From positions 64,001-128,000 of the forward strand of contig JBJOKS010000012.1 in NCBI GenBank assembly GCA_046045965.1: 64,000 nt of DNA, in the 5' to 3' direction. Below are positions 32,146-41,687 of the stretch, piece after piece. This DNA comes from Cyanobacteriota bacterium. GTDB taxonomy: Bacteria > Cyanobacteriota > Cyanobacteriia > Cyanobacteriales > Nostocaceae. The notes under the pieces were generated by a model, which was given only the letters and a program-made list of their open reading frames with translations, was not told the origin of the DNA and made no database searches. The position numbers and the translations under genes are program-made. Position 1 is the stretch's first letter. Each line of letters starts with the position of its first letter.

Positions 32146-32745
32146 ATGGCATTTTCACAGCTTCCCTTACCCTACGACTTTAATGCTTTAGAGCAATTTG
32201 GCATGAAAGGAGAAACCTTTGAGTATCACTATGGTAAGCATCACAAAGCTTATGTAGATAACCTCAACAAGCTCACCGATGGTACAGAACTTGCTGATAA
32301 GTCCCTCGAAGAAGTAATCCAAATTTCCTTTAAAGACTCCTCTAAAGTTGGTATCTTCAACAACGCAGCTCAAGTTTGGAACCACACCTTCTTTTGGAAC
32401 TCTTTGAAGCCCGCTGGTGGTGGCGCACCCACAGGTGAACTAGCTGCTAAGATTGATAAAGACTTTGGTAGCTTTGACAAATTCAAAGAAGAATTTTCTA
32501 CTGCGGCTGCAACCCAGTTTGGTAGCGGTTGGGCTTGGTTAATTGATGATGGTGGTACACTCAAAGTCATCAAAACACCAAACGCAGAAAACCCCCTAGC
32601 GCATGGTAAAAAGGCACTTCTCACCCTAGACGTTTGGGAACACGCCTACTACATCGACTACAGAAATGCTCGTCCAGCATTCATCAAGAATTTCTTGGAT
32701 AACCTAGCTAACTGGGATTTTGCTGCGGCAAATCTAGCTGCTTAA
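32146..32745 (+). CDS. sodB: Fe superoxide dismutase
   Basis: HYGKHH, FNNAAQVWNH (Fe-type), QFGSGWAW, DVWEHAYY. Confidence 0.97.
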   Translation: MAFSQLPLPYDFNALEQFGMKGETFEYHYGKHHKAYVDNLNKLTDGTELADKSLEEVIQISFKDSSKVGIFNNAAQVWNHTFFWNSLKPAGGGAPTGELAAKIDKDFGSFDKFKEEFSTAAATQFGSGWAWLIDDGGTLKVIKTPNAENPLAHGKKALLTLDVWEHAYYIDYRNARPAFIKNFLDNLANWDFAAANLAA

Positions 32746-32773
32746 TCAACTCCTGATTTAAGGTTATCATTAA

Positions 32774-32806
32774 TCTTCCCCATGCCTAACAAGCAGGGGA
32801 TTTTTC
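32774..32806 (+). terminator. Probable intrinsic terminator of sodB
   Basis: TCCCC-ATGC...GCA-GGGGA followed by TTTTT. Confidence 0.55.
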
Positions 32807-32826
32807 ATGCAAAACCTCTCCTTTGC

Positions 32827-32967
32827 CTAGTGTTCCTGATCTTTAACTATTGGCGCAAGCAAAACCAGGACAACGATCAGAACCACGAAGGCCAGCGGGA
32901 CAAGGAGGAACGAACATAAGAGGGTAAAAAAATTCCTCTTTTGGTGCTGCTTTAACTGTTTTACCAT
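32827..32967 (-). CDS. Putative 46-aa single-TM small protein
   Basis: MVKQLKQHQKRNFFTLLCSFLLVPLAFVVLIVVLVLLAPIVKDQEH; AGGAAG upstream; below the ORF-track length cut-off. Confidence 0.35.
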   Translation of the reverse strand: MVKQLKQHQKRNFFTLLCSFLLVPLAFVVLIVVLVLLAPIVKDQEH

Positions 32968-33299
32968 CTCAACTTCCTATTCCTAATCCTTGTTAGTGAT
33001 TCTTTGGATGTTGTTAGGAAACTGGAAGCCGTGTTGAGAAACTGTCCACATTGGTGATTGGGGACTGGTGACTGGTGACTGGTGACTGGTGACTGGTGAC
33101 TGGTGATTGGGTATTAACCTCCCCTGTTCCCTGTTCTGTTAAACTGATTGAGCATCAGCTTTGTGGCATAGACGATAGCTCATATTCCAAGATGCAAAAC
33201 ACTGGAAATATAGCTCTTTGCAAAACTGACTAAAAGGTGGTTGGTTAATGTAGCATAGCTAAATGATTGTGTCAGCCACAAGATGATTGATTTTCCAAG

Positions 33300-36080
33300 A
33301 TGGTACAGACTAATAACTCAAAATCCGCACGCGAAATTTTTAATATCTCCAGATGGGCAATAAAATTTTCGTGGTTGACGGTGTGTTTTTGGATCGGGGT
33401 GACAATAGCGGGTATTTTAGCTTTTAGTTCTCTAAAATACGCCTTATTCCCTGATATTACTTTTCCCGTGGTGGTGGTAAATGCTCAAGCACCGCTAACT
33501 TCGGCTTTAGATACAGAAGAAAAGTTAACTAAACCAATAGAAGAAAGCCTCAAGTCCTTGGCAGGGCTGGAAAATACCCGTTCTTCCACTTATCCGGGGC
33601 AAAGTGCTGTAAGCTTGTTGTTTGCAGTGGGGACAAATTTAGAAACTTCTACGGAAAATACTACAACTGCACTCAAGGGTTTAAAATTGCCTGAAGGAGC
33701 TAATTATAAGATTATTCCTTTAAACCTGAATGAGTCGTCAGTCATTAGTTATGCCATTGAAAGCGAGTCTGGTAGTTTGGATGATTTGCAGAAATTGGCA
33801 GATGAGAAAATTGTCCCGGCGATCGCCAAATTGCCAGGAGTTCTCAAAGTCTCACTGCTAGGCGCTCCACCAAAATCACCTCCTCTCAATCCTACCAATG
33901 CTACTGCGGCTTTACCTCAAGGGGGAGGAAATTTAGTTAGATTCAATGGTGAAGATGTACTAGCATTTCAAGTCATTAAACGTGGTGATGCTAACACTTT
34001 AGAAGTTGTCAGTCGTGTAGAGGAGGAAGTACAAAACCTGCGTTCTACTTTAAAAGATGTCAAACTTACCCTAGCGGCTACCCAAGCAGAATATATTCGC
34101 CAAGCTACCAAATCAACTATAGATGCGTTGATAGAAGCTATCATCTTGGCAGTTGTAGTAATTTTCCCATTTTTATGGAATTGGCGAGCTACTTTAATTT
34201 CTGCTTTGGCAATTCCCACATCTTTGTTAGCGACGTTTATTGTGATGGCCGTTTTCGGCTTTAACCTGGAAACAATTACGTTGTTAGCTTTGGCTTTGGT
34301 TATTGGTAGCGTAATTGATGATGCCATCATTGATGTAGAAAACATCTTACGGCACATTGAAGAAGGGCAAAGTCCCCGCGAAGCTGCACACTTAGCTACT
34401 GATGAAATTGGCTTAACGGTTGTTGCTACAACTGCCACAGCTGTAGCAGTTTTCTTACCTATTGGTTTAATGGGTGGAGTAGTCGGGCAGTTTTTCGAGC
34501 CATTCGGGATCACGGTTTCGGCTTCTTATATTGCTTCTACATTAGTAGCTCGGACTTTATCACCTGTTTTATCTATTTATTGGCTTAAACCTGTTAAGAA
34601 AAATCCCCAGAACGGCGAAAAGAAAGTTACAAATAATTCTTGGGTAAGTCTGGCAAATATTGGGATTTATTTTACTGAAGCTTATCGCAATTTACTCTCT
34701 TGGTCTTTAAATCACCGGAAAATAGTTATTGCTTTAGCTGTACTCAGTTTTGTTGCGGGTATTGCTCTCACTCCTTTTATTCCCAAGGGTTTTATTCCTA
34801 AGTTAGATCGGGGTGAATTTAATATTACCTACACCGCACCTTTGCCTAAAATACCTGATTTGGCAGCATTACAGCAGTTAAGAAGCAGGGGAGCAGGGAG
34901 CAGGGAGCAGGGGGAAGGTAATTTTCCCCAGTCCCCAGTCCCCAATACCCAGTCCCCAGTCCCCAGTCCCCAGTCACAAATACCTATTCCTAACCCTCTG
35001 AATGATTCTTTAGAGGTGGCGAAAAAACTGGAAGCGGAGGTGAGAAAATATCCAGATGTGGAAACTGTTTTTACTACTGTCGGTTCTCGTGGAGGTGAAC
35101 CAAATAAGGGAACTCTCTATGTGAAACTGAAAAAAGACCGCACAATTAAAACCGCAGAATTACAAGATCAATTACGCCAAAGTTTGCCTAAACTTCCTGG
35201 TGTGACTACCAGTGTGGAAGATATTCAATTTGTGGATACTGGTGGAGAAAAACCTTTACAGGTAGCACTTCGCGGTAATGATTTAAAAACTTTGAATCAA
35301 GCAGCTAAGTCTATTAAAGATCGGATTACGAAAATTCCAGGTTTTGCTGATGTTACAGTTACAGGAGACACAAATAACGCAGATCAGGTTTTTCAAATTG
35401 AACGACTCAACCAACAACGGGTAGCATACATCAGTGCTAACTTGGGTCAGGATTTAACTTTGGGTGATGCTACAGATAAAATAGTTGCAGAAGCAAAAGG
35501 CGTTTTACCTGCTGATATCACTTTAGGTTTAGGTGGAGATTCTGCCCGACAAAATGAGGTTTTTGGGAGTTTTATTTCCACTTTGATTTTATCGGCTTTG
35601 TGTATCATTGTTGTGTTGATTTTACTGTTCAAAAGCTGGGTAGATCCTTTAGTAATTGGTGTTTCTTTACCTTTAGCTGTGGTGGGAGCGATGTTAGCTT
35701 TACTCTTAACTAAGAGTGATTTTGGCATGATTTCTTTGATTGGTTTTGTGTTTTTACTGGGACTAGCAAATAAAAATGCTATTGTTTTGGTAGATTACAT
35801 TAATCAGTTACGTCGATCAGGTTTAGAACGCACGGAAGCTATTCTCAAAGCAGGACCTGTCAGACTCAGACCGATTATGATGACTACTGTTTCTACGCTT
35901 TTAGGGATGTTACCGATCGCTTTGGGTTTTGGTGCAGGTTCTGAGTTGCGATCGCCTATGGCCGTTGCTATTGCTGGTGGTTTGGTGACTTCTACTATTC
36001 TCAGTTTAATTGTTGTCCCGGTTGTCTATGCAATTTTAGATGATTGGTTTCCCAGGAAGAAGGTGACAGTTGACAGGTGA
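33300..36080 (+). CDS. RND (AcrB/AcrD/AcrF) efflux transporter permease
   Basis: FPDITFPVVVV, IGSVIDDAIIDVEN, KNAIVLVD, RLRPIMMT. Confidence 0.95.
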   Translation: MVQTNNSKSAREIFNISRWAIKFSWLTVCFWIGVTIAGILAFSSLKYALFPDITFPVVVVNAQAPLTSALDTEEKLTKPIEESLKSLAGLENTRSSTYPGQSAVSLLFAVGTNLETSTENTTTALKGLKLPEGANYKIIPLNLNESSVISYAIESESGSLDDLQKLADEKIVPAIAKLPGVLKVSLLGAPPKSPPLNPTNATAALPQGGGNLVRFNGEDVLAFQVIKRGDANTLEVVSRVEEEVQNLRSTLKDVKLTLAATQAEYIRQATKSTIDALIEAIILAVVVIFPFLWNWRATLISALAIPTSLLATFIVMAVFGFNLETITLLALALVIGSVIDDAIIDVENILRHIEEGQSPREAAHLATDEIGLTVVATTATAVAVFLPIGLMGGVVGQFFEPFGITVSASYIASTLVARTLSPVLSIYWLKPVKKNPQNGEKKVTNNSWVSLANIGIYFTEAYRNLLSWSLNHRKIVIALAVLSFVAGIALTPFIPKGFIPKLDRGEFNITYTAPLPKIPDLAALQQLRSRGAGSREQGEGNFPQSPVPNTQSPVPSPQSQIPIPNPLNDSLEVAKKLEAEVRKYPDVETVFTTVGSRGGEPNKGTLYVKLKKDRTIKTAELQDQLRQSLPKLPGVTTSVEDIQFVDTGGEKPLQVALRGNDLKTLNQAAKSIKDRITKIPGFADVTVTGDTNNADQVFQIERLNQQRVAYISANLGQDLTLGDATDKIVAEAKGVLPADITLGLGGDSARQNEVFGSFISTLILSALCIIVVLILLFKSWVDPLVIGVSLPLAVVGAMLALLLTKSDFGMISLIGFVFLLGLANKNAIVLVDYINQLRRSGLERTEAILKAGPVRLRPIMMTTVSTLLGMLPIALGFGAGSELRSPMAVAIAGGLVTSTILSLIVVPVVYAILDDWFPRKKVTVDR

Positions 36081-36152
36081 CAGGTGACAGGTGACAGGTG
36101 ACAGGTGACAGTATTAGATCCTCGATTTTTTCAAGAAGTCGGCGATCTAATA

Positions 36153-36570
36153 TGTGTTATGATTTTGATTGTCAGAATCAGGATGTCCAGGATTAAAAGA
36201 TTTACAGGATTTTAGTCGCTGCAATTTCTCAGGACATCTAAAGATTAAAAAAAATTAAAAAATTAAAAAATTAAAAAATTAAAAAAAAATTCGTTTTTTG
36301 GGGTCTAACCCCGTTGACTTTTTTCTCTAGAACTGATATTCTGATAATGGGAATGCGTGCCTAAATAAAAATTTTGCTCACACTCCATTATATTAATATG
36401 ACTATATTACCACGTCGGCAGCGACCTGAACCCTAAAAAAACAAAATTTTTTGAAATTTCTCTTATCAAAAATCAATAAATCAATAAATTAAACTTATGA
36501 ATTGTAGAAAATCTCAGTTTTTTGCTACATCCTGTAAATCCTGAAATCTTGTAAATCCTGATTTTGATAA
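36153..36570 (+). repeat. Long repeat copy 1 (MITE-like, TIR TTGTCAGAATCAGGAT/ATCCTGATTTTGATAA)
   Basis: 36153-36510 is near-identical to 40092-40432; internal IR GTCGCTGC/GCAGCGAC. Confidence 0.9.
36314..36342 (+). promoter_or_regulatory. Sigma70-type promoter within the repeat
   Basis: TTGACT-N17-TATTCT with a TG extension; the counterpart at 40237-40265 is TTGACT-N17-TATTTT. Confidence 0.6.
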
Positions 36571-36591
36571 CAATTAATATTCGAGATTGCC

Positions 36592-39500
36592 ATGAAAAGT
36601 GAAGATCGTCAACGAGTAGAAATATTTCTTAAAAAGTGGAAAGGTTCACAGGGTAACGAGAGAGCAAATTATCAGGGTTTCTTTTTAGAACTTTGTGATG
36701 CTCTGGGGGTAGAACGTCCAGCACCTAAAGGAAGTATACCAGGCGATCGCTATTGTTTTGACAAAGATATCAAGATTTTTGACAAAGGTGGAGAAACTAC
36801 CAACTTTGCAGACTTCTACAAAGAAGGACATTTTTTAATAGAAGCTAAACAAGGGGGAAACGCAGCTAAACGGGGTACTGCTAAACGGGGGACAAAAACC
36901 TATGATATAGCAATGGAAAAAGCTTTTTATCAAGCTCAAAGCTATACACCTTTTCTACCAAGTAAACCTCCTTTTTTAATTACCTGTGATATTGGTTCAC
37001 ATTTTGAAATTTGGGTAAGTTTTAGTGGTAATTATGGTGGTTATGGTGCGCGGGAAAAAATTGATCTTGATAAACTTTTAGATGAAAAAGTATTTAATCG
37101 TTTCGTTGCGATATTTAATGATCCGCAAAGTTTAAACCCAGAAAAATATCGAGCGCGGGTAACAAGAGAAGTAGCGGATACCTTAGCTAAATTAGCACGG
37201 TGGTTAGAACAACAAGGACACCAACCCAAAGAAGTCGCAAATTTCCTCATGCGCTGCATTTTTACCATGTTTGCAGAAGATGTGAAATTATTGAAAGGAG
37301 AAGTTTTTACTAAAGCTTTAAAAGAACGTTGGTTAGTTGAACCCAAGACATTTAAAACCCAGATTGAAAAACTTTGGAAAGTAATGAATACTGGGGGAGA
37401 ATTTAACTTTGATGAAATTCCCCAATTTAATGGTAGCTTTTTTGCTGATGCGACAGCTTTTGATTTACCTAAAGAACAGTTAGAGGTTTTATATGAAGCT
37501 GCAAATAAAGATTGGACTGAGGTAGAACCGGCGATTTTTGGGACATTATTAGAAAGAGCTTTAGATAGTAAAGAACGTAAAAGTTTAGGAGCGCATTACA
37601 CACCCCGATCCTATGTTGATCGGTTGGTGCGTCCGGTGGTAATAGAACCTTTGCGAGAAGAATGGTTATTAGTTGAATCAGAAGTTGATCGGTTTTTAAC
37701 GCTCAAGGAAAAACAGCAAAAACCGACGAAAGCACAAATAGAAAAAGCTGAAAATGAAATTAGGGGATTTTTAGATAAATTACAACAAATTAGGATTCTT
37801 GATCCTGCTTGTGGTTCGGGTAACTTTTTGTATGTTACCTTAGACTTAATGAAAACATTGGAACAGGAAGTACAGATGCGCTTGCTGGATGTTTTGGGAA
37901 AGGTGACAACGAATTTATTAGAGGAATTTGATCCGCGTTTAGCAGGAAGAAAACAGGTTAACCCATCGCAATTTTTAGGGATTGAAATTAATCCTAGAGC
38001 GGCCGCGATCGCGGAGTTAGTAATTTGGATTGGTTATTTACAATGGCATTTTAAACGCTATGGAAGTACACCACCTCCAGAACCGATTTTACAGGATTTT
38101 CATAATATTGAATTTCGTGATGCGGTGTTAGATTATGATGGTAAGGAATTAGATATTGATCCGAAAACTTGTAAAGTGAAAACTCGCTGGGGTGGAAAAA
38201 TGATCAAGCATCCTGTGACGGGTGAAGATGTTCCTGATGCGAGTGATCAAATTCCTATTTATCGTTATCTGAATCCTCGTCCTGCTAAATGGCCAGATGC
38301 AGATTATATTGTTTCTAATCCTCCTTTTATTGGTAAATTATATATGATTGAAAATTTAGGAGAAGGTTATGTAAAGACTATGCGTAATACTTATAAAAAT
38401 GAAGTTCCAGATAGCTGTGATTATGTTATGTATTGGTGGTATAAGGCTGCAAAATTAACCGCTACACAAAAAATTAACAGATTTGGTTTTGTTACCACTA
38501 ATAGTATTACACAAACATTCAATCGGAGAGTAATTAGTGATGCTCTTACCTCAACACAACCAATTCATTTAATATTTGCAATTCCAGATCATCCTTGGGT
38601 TGATACTCAAGATTCTGCATCTGTAAGAATTGCAATGACATCAGCAGCTTCAGGAAATGGAATTGGCAAATTATCTTTAGTAACATTAGAGAAAATTAAC
38701 CCGATGGATGGTATAGCTGAAATTGAAACTATTACCAGTCATGGTTTAATTCAATCAGATATAAGAATTGGTATAGATATTGTTGGAGCTTTTTCATTAA
38801 AGTCTAACTATGGCCTTGCGGGGATGGGTGTCATGTTAGGAAATCGGGGGTTTTTAGTTGATGATAGTTATGAATTAGAAAATAATCACCCATGCTTACG
38901 CTCTATAATTAATGGCAATGATGTACTCAAAATTCCTCGAAATTTACAAGTCATAGACTTTTTTAATCTCAGTATAGCTGAAGCACAAAAGCAAGCTCCT
39001 AAAGCTTTTCAACAAATATTGTTAAAAGTCAAACCAGAACGAGATACAAATAATCGTAAAACAAGAAAAGATAATTGGTGGTTGTTTGGGGAAAATATGC
39101 CTAAAACTCGTCAAGTTATAGCAGGTTTAAACCGTTATATTGTAACTGTAGAAACTTCAAAACATCGTGTTTTTATTTTTGTAGATAGTCAGGTTTTAGC
39201 AGAACATAAGTTAGTTGTCATTGGATTAAGTGATGCTTATTATTTGGGTGTTTTATCTAGCTATATTCATGTAGTTTGGGCTTTAGCTTCTGGTTCTCAG
39301 CGTGGAGTAACTCCTGTTTATCCAAAATCTATTTGCTTTGATAAATTCCCTTTCCCAGATCCTACAACAGAACAGAAACAGAAAATCCGAGAATTAGGAG
39401 AAAGATTAGACTCGCACCGTAAAAGAGTACAAACACAACATCCCGAAATCACAATTACCGGAATGTATAACCTGCTTGAAAAACTCCGCAAAGGTGAAAC

Positions 39501-40038
39501 ATTTACCGCAGCAGATAAAACATATAATGATAAAGCTTTAGTTTCCACCCTCAAACAAATTCATGATGAATTAGATAACGCTGTTTTTGATGCTTATGGA
39601 TGGCAAGATTTAAAAGATAATCAAAAAACAAAAGCCGAAATTGAAGAAATAATTTTAGAACGCTTAGTAACCCTCAATGCTGAACGTGCAGAAGAAGAAC
39701 GTAACGGTATAATTCGCTGGTTGCGTCCTGAATATCAAGCACCAAATGAAGTTACTCAACAGGTACTAACGGAAGTCATGGAAACAGAAGCAACCGTCAT
39801 TATTCCCAGCGAACAAAGAACATTTCCCAAACAACCAAAAGAACAACTTGCAGCTATCCGCGACTTACTCCGCACCAATACCAGCGAGTGGACTGTGGAA
39901 CAAATTGCTGCTCAATTCAAAAATGGTGGAAAATACAAAAATGCCATTGTTGAAAATGTGGAAAGATTAGAATGGTTTGGAATTTTAATCTGTCGAGAAA
40001 CCGGAGCAACTAAACGCTGGCAATATGTGGAAATATAG
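36592..40038 (+). CDS. MmeI-like Type IIL/IIG fused restriction endonuclease / N6-adenine methyltransferase
   Basis: N-terminal ERANYQ.F and ADFY...IEAK (PD-(D/E)xK), GAHYTP, LDPACGSGNFL (motif I), NPPF (motif IV), C-terminal TRD (WWLF, FDKFPFP, HDELDNAVFDAYGW). Confidence 0.93.
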   Translation: MKSEDRQRVEIFLKKWKGSQGNERANYQGFFLELCDALGVERPAPKGSIPGDRYCFDKDIKIFDKGGETTNFADFYKEGHFLIEAKQGGNAAKRGTAKRGTKTYDIAMEKAFYQAQSYTPFLPSKPPFLITCDIGSHFEIWVSFSGNYGGYGAREKIDLDKLLDEKVFNRFVAIFNDPQSLNPEKYRARVTREVADTLAKLARWLEQQGHQPKEVANFLMRCIFTMFAEDVKLLKGEVFTKALKERWLVEPKTFKTQIEKLWKVMNTGGEFNFDEIPQFNGSFFADATAFDLPKEQLEVLYEAANKDWTEVEPAIFGTLLERALDSKERKSLGAHYTPRSYVDRLVRPVVIEPLREEWLLVESEVDRFLTLKEKQQKPTKAQIEKAENEIRGFLDKLQQIRILDPACGSGNFLYVTLDLMKTLEQEVQMRLLDVLGKVTTNLLEEFDPRLAGRKQVNPSQFLGIEINPRAAAIAELVIWIGYLQWHFKRYGSTPPPEPILQDFHNIEFRDAVLDYDGKELDIDPKTCKVKTRWGGKMIKHPVTGEDVPDASDQIPIYRYLNPRPAKWPDADYIVSNPPFIGKLYMIENLGEGYVKTMRNTYKNEVPDSCDYVMYWWYKAAKLTATQKINRFGFVTTNSITQTFNRRVISDALTSTQPIHLIFAIPDHPWVDTQDSASVRIAMTSAASGNGIGKLSLVTLEKINPMDGIAEIETITSHGLIQSDIRIGIDIVGAFSLKSNYGLAGMGVMLGNRGFLVDDSYELENNHPCLRSIINGNDVLKIPRNLQVIDFFNLSIAEAQKQAPKAFQQILLKVKPERDTNNRKTRKDNWWLFGENMPKTRQVIAGLNRYIVTVETSKHRVFIFVDSQVLAEHKLVVIGLSDAYYLGVLSSYIHVVWALASGSQRGVTPVYPKSICFDKFPFPDPTTEQKQKIRELGERLDSHRKRVQTQHPEITITGMYNLLEKLRKGETFTAADKTYNDKALVSTLKQIHDELDNAVFDAYGWQDLKDNQKTKAEIEEIILERLVTLNAERAEEERNGIIRWLRPEYQAPNEVTQQVLTEVMETEATVIIPSEQRTFPKQPKEQLAAIRDLLRTNTSEWTVEQIAAQFKNGGKYKNAIVENVERLEWFGILICRETGATKRWQYVEI

Positions 40039-40043
40039 GAAAA

Positions 40044-40552
40044 TGTCTGAATCAGGATTTCCAGGATTTAAGGATTTACAGGATGGTTGTTTGTGTTATA
40101 ATTTTTTTGTCAGAATCAGGATGTCCAGGATTAAAGGATTTACACGATTTTAGTCGCTGCAATTTCTCAGGACAGCTAAAGATTAAAAAAAAATTAAAAA
40201 ATTAAAAAAAAATTCGTTTTTTGGGGTCTAAACCCGTTGACTTTTTTTTCTAGACCTGATATTTTGATAATGGGAATGCGTGCCTCGATAAAAATTTTGC
40301 TTACACTCCATTATATTAATATGACTATCTTACCACGTCGGCAGCGACCTGAACCCTAAAAAAACAAAATTTTTTGAAATTTTTCTTATCAAAAATCAAT
40401 AATCAATAAATTAAACTTATTAATGATAGAAAGGAAAGGAATTTTTTGGGGAATAAATCCTGAAATATTATATTTTGAGTTCGTTACTTTGAGTTCGTTT
40501 AGTCACCGTAAATCCTGTATCCCTGACGGGAGGCGTAAGCCATTTCTGACAA
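40044..40552 (+). repeat. Long repeat copy 2 preceded by an extra half-element
   Basis: Half-element TGTCTGAATCAGGAT... at 40044-40085; homology to copy 1 at 40092-40432; right TIR split by a 24-nt insert at 40518-40541. Confidence 0.9.
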
Positions 40553-40596
40553 TATTACAATAACATAATTGAGGTTGAGGAGTGAGAGGTTATTGA

Positions 40597-41583
40597 ATGC
40601 GGGCTTTTGTGACTGGTGGTACTGGTTTTGTAGGTTCTCACGTGGTGCGATCGCTGTTACAAGAAGGATACAAAGTTACAGCATTAGTACGTGGAAGTAG
40701 TAACCTGGGAAATCTGCGAGGATTAGAAATAGATATTGTCAAAGGTGATTTAAATGACCCGCATATCTGGAAACAGATGCAAAGTTGCAACTATCTGTTT
40801 CATGTAGCTGCTCATTATTCTCTATGGCAAAAAGATCGGGATTTACTGTATCGTCATAATGTGGAAGGTACACGGAATATTTTAGCAGCAGCGCAAACAG
40901 CCGGAATTGAACGTACAGTTTATACCAGTTCTGTAGCAGCTATTGGAGTGGGAAAATCTGGAAAAGTGGTGGATGAAACTCATCAGAGTCCGGTAGAGAA
41001 GTTGGTGGGAGACTATAAAAAGTCTAAATTTTTGGCTGAACAAGTAGCAAAGGAAGCCGCAAAACAAGGACAAGATATAGTGATAGTTAATCCTAGCAGT
41101 CCTATTGGACCATTGGATATAAAACCCACACCAACCGGAGATATTATTCTGCGGTTTTTGCGGCGACAAATGCCGGCTTATGTGGATACCGGTTTAAACT
41201 TTATTGATGTGAGAGATGTAGCTAGGGGACATTTACTAGCTTTAGAAAAAGGAAAAACAGGCGATCGCTATATCTTAGGAAATCAAAATCTCAGTCTCAA
41301 ACAACTGCTAGAAATACTATCCGACATCACAGGATTGAAAGCACCGCAAGTATCCCTACCAGCTTTCTTACCATTGAGTGTTGCTTGGATAGAAGAGAAA
41401 ATTCTTGCACCGATAGGGAAAACTCCCACAGTTCCTATAGATGGTGTTCGCATGGCACAGCAACCAATGTATTATGATGCTTCCAAGGCCATCCGCGAAC
41501 TTAGTCTACCTCAGTCTTCTCTGAAGGTAGCACTCAAGGACGCTGTTGATTGGTTTGTGTCGAATGGATATGTGAACAGTTGA
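40597..41583 (+). CDS. hpnA: Hopanoid-associated sugar epimerase HpnA
   Basis: VTGGTGFVG, HVAAHYSLW, YKKSK, DIKPTPTG; adjacent to hpnH. Confidence 0.92.
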   Translation: MRAFVTGGTGFVGSHVVRSLLQEGYKVTALVRGSSNLGNLRGLEIDIVKGDLNDPHIWKQMQSCNYLFHVAAHYSLWQKDRDLLYRHNVEGTRNILAAAQTAGIERTVYTSSVAAIGVGKSGKVVDETHQSPVEKLVGDYKKSKFLAEQVAKEAAKQGQDIVIVNPSSPIGPLDIKPTPTGDIILRFLRRQMPAYVDTGLNFIDVRDVARGHLLALEKGKTGDRYILGNQNLSLKQLLEILSDITGLKAPQVSLPAFLPLSVAWIEEKILAPIGKTPTVPIDGVRMAQQPMYYDASKAIRELSLPQSSLKVALKDAVDWFVSNGYVNS

Positions 41584-41687
41584 TAGTTGATAGTTGATAG
41601 TTAATAGTTTAGAGTTTGTACCAATTACCAATTACCAATTATCAATTACCAACTTAAGTGGTGTTATCAAAAGAGGAGAATAGTTAA

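Noticed and set aside
32843..32917. patS/patX gene call
   Set aside because: The motif is RGSDR, not RG(S/T)GR, with no signal peptide or supportive context; kept only as a low-interest finding.
33300..36080. HpnN hopanoid transporter
   Set aside because: Motifs are AcrB/HAE1-like rather than MMPL-like; proximity to hpn genes alone is insufficient.
36116..36149. AGATCCCCGAC..GTCGGGGATCT-type palindromes (also ~43999 and ~55316) and GTAG-type palindromes (~31589, ~52114)
   Set aside because: Common REP-like Nostocales repeats, probably doubling as terminators; not distinctive here.
36153..40552. CRISPR array or IS element
   Set aside because: No repeat-spacer periodicity and no transposase ORF; only two long copies are present.
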